Made by a program: the position numbers and the translations under genes | Notes under the pieces: generated by a model | Database searches by the model: none | Told to the model about the DNA's origin: nothing | Seen by the model: the letters and a program-made list of their open reading frames with translations, nothing else | Assembly (NCBI GenBank): GCA_046596195.1 | Contig: JBKJNA010000233.1 | Location: 638 to 64,637, forward strand | Length of the DNA stretch: 64,000 bases | Direction of reading: 5' to 3' | Source: Acidimicrobiales bacterium | GTDB lineage: Bacteria; Actinomycetota; Acidimicrobiia; Acidimicrobiales; GCA-2861595 | Shown here: positions 60,606-64,000 of the stretch, in pieces | Numbering within the stretch: position 1 is the first letter of the stretch | Layout: every line of letters begins with the position of its first letter

Positions 60606-63059
60606 GTGAAGAAGCTCCACCTCATTGGCTTCACACCCGACGATGACGGGGTGATTCTGACTGCCCGTAAGGGCTCAAAATCAGGCGGCTTCGTGGTCGC
60701 ACTCGACGACGGTCTGGTAGCGGCAATCGACCAGGCGCGCCGGCGCCGGTCCGGCGAGGAGATCCCACACGACGGCACGTCGAGCGCGGACGGAACTACC
60801 CGTGGCGTCGGCCGGGCCCGGGCGCACAGCTCGCTGAGTCCACGGGAGATCCAGTCGAGACTGCGGGCGGGGAGCACCATCGCCGAGGTGGCCAGCCAGG
60901 CCGGGGTCGGCGACGAGTGGGTGGTGCGCTTCGCCGCACCGATCCTTGCCGAGCAGGCCCAGGTGGTGGCGAGCGCGCAGCGGCTCACCCTGGTGAAGGC
61001 CCGGCGCGGCCCGTCGATCGAGTCGCTGGCGCCGTCGGTGCAGTGGAACCTCAGCGACCGGGGCGTGAACTTCTCCGACGACGTGTTCGCCGACAGCTGG
61101 AGCGCCTTCAACCTGCACGGAGCCCGCTGGGCGGTGCGCTTCGCCTACACGTCGCGCAAGCGTCGCCAGATCGCCGAGTGGGAGGTCGACCTGCGCGAGC
61201 GCTCCCTCGTGGCCCGCAACCGCATGGCCACCGAACTCGGCCACGTGGAGGAGGGCCGGCGGCGTCCCAGCCTCGAGCCGACCGACCCGGGTGCGCTCGA
61301 GGCGGCGACGTCCGCCTCGGCCGGTCGGGTCGTTGGCACGGCACGCCCCGGCAGGCCGGGGCCGGCGAGCGGTGGCGGGCGGGCTGCCTCGGTTGGCGGA
61401 CGGGCGCCGGCGCGGCCGGCAGCCAAGAAGGGGGCGGCGACGGCGGCCAAGCGCGCTGCCGGGGCGGCGCGGCCGGCGGCCAGGAAGGGGGCGGCGACGG
61501 CGGCCAAGCGCGCTGCCGGGGCGGCGCGACCGGCGGCCAGGAAGGGGGTGGCGCGGGCTGGCGCTGCGGCCAAGGGCGCGAAGAAGGTGGGCGCTGCGGT
61601 CGGGAAGCGGGCCGGAGCGACGGGTGGGCCGGCGAAGGGAGCGACAGCCACGGCGACGGGCGCTGCCGCCGCCAAGGCCGGAGCGAGCAGCGCAGCGGCC
61701 AACGCCGGCTCGAGGGGCGCAGCGGCGAAGGCCGGTACTCCGGGTGCAGGAGCCAAGGCGGCCGGTCCGGCGACCCGGGCCGGCGGCGGGCTGGCGGCGG
61801 GTGCGGCGTCCTCCCGTGGTGCCGCGTCCTCCCGTGGTGCCGCGTCCTCCCGTGGAACGGCATCCTCCGGGGCGGCTCGCTCCACCCCGGCGAGTCGATC
61901 GGGTCGGGAATCGTCGCCCCGCAAGGCTCGTCCGGCGGAGAAGGCGGCCGGGGACACACCAGGAGCGTCCGACACGGGCCGTCGAGGGCTGTCGCCTGCG
62001 CCCGAGCCTGTCTCCGACCGGCCGAGTCACCTGGCCCGCCCACCGTCGCCCATGAAGATGGCGAACCGGGCCACCAGCTACGCAAGCCAGCGTCTCACGG
62101 CAACCAACGCCAGGCCGGCGCCGCCTGCACCGCAGCCAGCACGCACGGCGCCGGGCCGGCCGCATCCCGGCGCGGCCGTGCCGGAGCCGTCCCATCCCGG
62201 GAATCCCCGCTTCGAGCTGGCGCCCGAGCCTCGCCGCCCGCCGAAGCCGTCCCCGGCGAAGGCGTCCGCACGCCAGGCCGGCGACGTTCGGCGTGACCAG
62301 GGCGCAGGGGGGCGCCCGACTGTGATCGGGAGCGGCGTGTCCCGCACCGGCGGGGGAGCCGGCAACCGGATCGCCGGCGGCGCGCCGCTGCGGGCCGGCT
62401 CCTCGACCGTCGTGGTTCGGCCGCAGGCGCAACCGGGCGAGGGCCCGCCGCCCGCTGTGCCCGGACGCACCGGCGAACGCCCGCCGGCAGGGTCGGGACG
62501 GAACAGCGAACGCCTGCCGGCAGGGTCGGGACGCGAACGCCCGCCGGCGGCACCCACGATCGCAGTGCCGCCCGCGAGTGCTGTCCGCCGGGAGCCGGCC
62601 GGCGACAACGGTGCGGACCCGCCCGCCCGGCGCGGCGCAGCACGCCCAGGTCCGGCTGGCGCCACCGGGTCGATGCCTGCACCGGGCGATGGCGCCCGGC
62701 CGATGCCCGCCCGGGACGGCGTCCCCGACCAGCCGGTACGGCGGGCTGCCGCCGGGCCTACGGTCGCGCCGGTCCCGTCCGAGGCGCCCCCACAGCCCGC
62801 ACCGCGAACGGCGGTGGCGCCGCCCATCGGGCGGCAGCCCATGGCCTCGCGCCCAGAAGCGGCGGCGGAGGTCGACGAACGCCCGGCCGTGGTGATCCTC
62901 GCCCCCCGGGCGGCCGGTGGCGGCGCTGCGCCCGGGACGCCCGAAGACAAGGAACGGCGGGCCCGGCTGGCCTCCGCCGAGCGCCTGCGCAGCGCACTGG
63001 CCGGAGCGACCGCCACCCCCGGCAGCGGAGGGGGTACGGGCCGCTCCCGCCGCGGCTGA
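60606..63059 (+). CDS. sepH: SepH-like septation protein (DUF3071) with about 560-aa disordered repeat-rich tail
   Basis: The N-terminus LHLIGFTPDDDGVILT...LSPREIQSRLRAGSTIAEVA...RFAAPILAEQA...WEVDL matches the DUF3071/SepH pattern. The remainder is an Ala/Gly/Lys/Arg/Pro tail. Confidence 0.8.
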   Translation: MKKLHLIGFTPDDDGVILTARKGSKSGGFVVALDDGLVAAIDQARRRRSGEEIPHDGTSSADGTTRGVGRARAHSSLSPREIQSRLRAGSTIAEVASQAGVGDEWVVRFAAPILAEQAQVVASAQRLTLVKARRGPSIESLAPSVQWNLSDRGVNFSDDVFADSWSAFNLHGARWAVRFAYTSRKRRQIAEWEVDLRERSLVARNRMATELGHVEEGRRRPSLEPTDPGALEAATSASAGRVVGTARPGRPGPASGGGRAASVGGRAPARPAAKKGAATAAKRAAGAARPAARKGAATAAKRAAGAARPAARKGVARAGAAAKGAKKVGAAVGKRAGATGGPAKGATATATGAAAAKAGASSAAANAGSRGAAAKAGTPGAGAKAAGPATRAGGGLAAGAASSRGAASSRGAASSRGTASSGAARSTPASRSGRESSPRKARPAEKAAGDTPGASDTGRRGLSPAPEPVSDRPSHLARPPSPMKMANRATSYASQRLTATNARPAPPAPQPARTAPGRPHPGAAVPEPSHPGNPRFELAPEPRRPPKPSPAKASARQAGDVRRDQGAGGRPTVIGSGVSRTGGGAGNRIAGGAPLRAGSSTVVVRPQAQPGEGPPPAVPGRTGERPPAGSGRNSERLPAGSGRERPPAAPTIAVPPASAVRREPAGDNGADPPARRGAARPGPAGATGSMPAPGDGARPMPARDGVPDQPVRRAAAGPTVAPVPSEAPPQPAPRTAVAPPIGRQPMASRPEAAAEVDERPAVVILAPRAAGGGAAPGTPEDKERRARLASAERLRSALAGATATPGSGGGTGRSRRG
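61427..61540 (+). repeat. 57-bp tandem repeat x2 (1 mismatch) inside sepH-like tail (KGAATAAKRAAGAARPAAR x2)
   Basis: gaagggggcggcgacggcggccaagcgcgctgccggggcggcgcg(g/a)ccggcggccag occurs at 61427 and 61484. Confidence 0.9.
61803..61856 (+). repeat. 18-bp tandem repeat x3 inside sepH-like tail (AASSRG x3)
   Basis: gc(g/c)gcgtcctcccgtgg(t/a) occurs three times in a row. Confidence 0.9.
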
Positions 63060-63131
63060 GCGCGCCTCGCTCCCGCCGCCGCTGAACCCGAGCTAGCGCC
63101 AGAATTGCGTTCCCGCAAGCGGTCATAGCCA

Positions 63132-64000
63132 CTACGCCACCTCGGCTTCCCCCGGCGGCGCCGGGCCCTGGTTGCGGTTCTTCGGGCGCCGGGGGTCGTC
63201 CGGAGGCACCATCGGCCGCTTCCCCGTCCCCTCGACCCAGGCCCACCCCTTGTATCTCTTTCTGTCGTGGCAGCCTCCACAGCCCGGGTCCATGCCGTGC
63301 AAAAGGGTCACCTTCGACTCCGCCCACGGCACCCGGTGGTCGTTGTCCAAGCGAACCTTGGCGTTGCACCCGAGCGTCGTGCACTCCGGGCTGCGCCAGT
63401 CGAGGCCGGTCTGCTGGTAGGCCGCAGACCCGCCGGCCGCAGACCCGTCCGTTGCACTGCCGCCCTCCGGCCCGGACCCGCCCGCGCCGGAACACTGCGA
63501 CGCCCGCACGGCGTCGAGCAGGCAGTCGGCCAGGTAGGCCTCGCCCGGCTCGTGGCGTCCTTCGGCCCGGGCGGTTCGGAAGCGGCGGTCGGCCCGGCCC
63601 TGGGCGATGGCGTACATCTCCGCCACCTCCTCCAGGGTGGAGCGGTACAAAAGCTCCCCGGCGCCGTCGGCCGTGCGCCGGCGGCGCAGGATCTTGGAGG
63701 CGTGGATGGCCCGCTGGCGTGCCTCGTCGTCGGGCTGGGCCGCCGCCTTGGTGCGGGCACAGGCGTCGAGCAGCTCGCCGAGGGAGGCCTGTTTGGCCGT
63801 GGTGAGCAGGCGACGCTCGCTGCCGGGCGCCTTGGAGGCGGCGTCGGCGATGGGCGCCGCCTGGGCGGGCGACACCTCGCCCCGGCGGGCCGCCGCCTCC
63901 AGCGCCGGCAGCCCGCCCAGGCGCCCCGCCGTCTCCAGCGCCGGCAGCCCGCCCAGGCGCCCCGCCGTCTCCAGGGCCTCTCGGGCCTTGCCCACGCTGG
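63132..64000 (-). CDS. DUF222 / HNH endonuclease (13E12-repeat family-like); may extend past window end
   Basis: HNH region CNAKVRLDNDHRVPW...CGGCHDRKRY. DUF222-type helical N-terminal part. The reading frame stays open to nt 64000 upstream of the tracked ATG (63993-63995), and DUF222 proteins are usually longer than 287 aa. Confidence 0.8.
   Translation of the reverse strand, partial: SVGKAREALETAGRLGGLPALETAGRLGGLPALEAAARRGEVSPAQAAPIADAASKAPGSERRLLTTAKQASLGELLDACARTKAAAQPDDEARQRAIHASKILRRRRTADGAGELLYRSTLEEVAEMYAIAQGRADRRFRTARAEGRHEPGEAYLADCLLDAVRASQCSGAGGSGPEGGSATDGSAAGGSAAYQQTGLDWRSPECTTLGCNAKVRLDNDHRVPWAESKVTLLHGMDPGCGGCHDRKRYKGWAWVEGTGKRPMVPPDDPRRPKNRNQGPAPPGEAEVA
63897..63968 (-). repeat. 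perfect 36-bp tandem duplication inside the DUF222/HNH gene (ETAGRLGGLPAL x2)
   Basis: ctccagcgccggcagcccgcccaggcgccccgccgt occurs at 63897 and 63933. Confidence 0.95.

Overview
High-GC (about 70%) chromosomal segment with about 60 tightly packed genes and the gene order of an actinobacterium. Assignments come from motif and sequence recognition only; no searches were run. Genes from left to right:
- ftsH (3' part), folE, a pyridine-nucleotide-disulfide oxidoreductase, folP, a Cys-less PTP-fold protein, folB, folK.
- A PAS-PAS-PAS-GGDEF cyclase, then panC, panD, nadB, nadC, coaX, lysS.
- A polyprenyl synthase (-), clpC1, an S8 protease (-), a lipoprotein.
- radA, disA, a dienelactone hydrolase, carD, a YacL-like PIN/TRAM protein, fused ispDF, an rlmB-like methyltransferase.
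- A Bacillus-type sigma-H, tRNA-Thr(UGU) (-), DUF3263, LytR_C.
- otsB, otsA (-), glycerate kinase, an AI-2E transporter, gpgS (-).
- A SAM-clan riboswitch in front of a ThrC paralogue and a CysO-like sulfur carrier, then a receiver protein.
- Two CIRCE operators and groEL2, spoIID-like (-), a lipoprotein, a divergent second FtsH paralogue, hemQ.
- The livFGMHJ-type ABC operon (-), a larE-like/NIL/DUF2993 operon, a Cdr-like oxidoreductase.
- amtB, glnK, glnD, a Zn-ribbon protein, a YacP-like NYN protein, a SepH-like protein with a long repeat-rich tail, and a DUF222/HNH gene running off the right edge.

No rRNA, CRISPR array, transposase, integrase or prophage was seen.

Points worth a second look:
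- The SAM riboswitch with the ThrC-like and sulfur-carrier pair, a probable non-canonical homocysteine route.
- A Firmicute-type sigma-H in Bacillus-like synteny inside an actinobacterial background.
- A perfect 68-bp tandem duplication that makes two translationally coupled 23-codon uORFs in front of the FtsH paralogue.
- A catalytic-Cys-less phosphatase-fold gene embedded in the folate operon.
- A recurring CCGGAATCCGG hairpin core in intergenic regions.
- Four single-nucleotide frameshifts, in panD, coaX, groEL and the GGDEF gene. They look like sequence-quality problems more than biology.
- Several perfect short tandem duplications.
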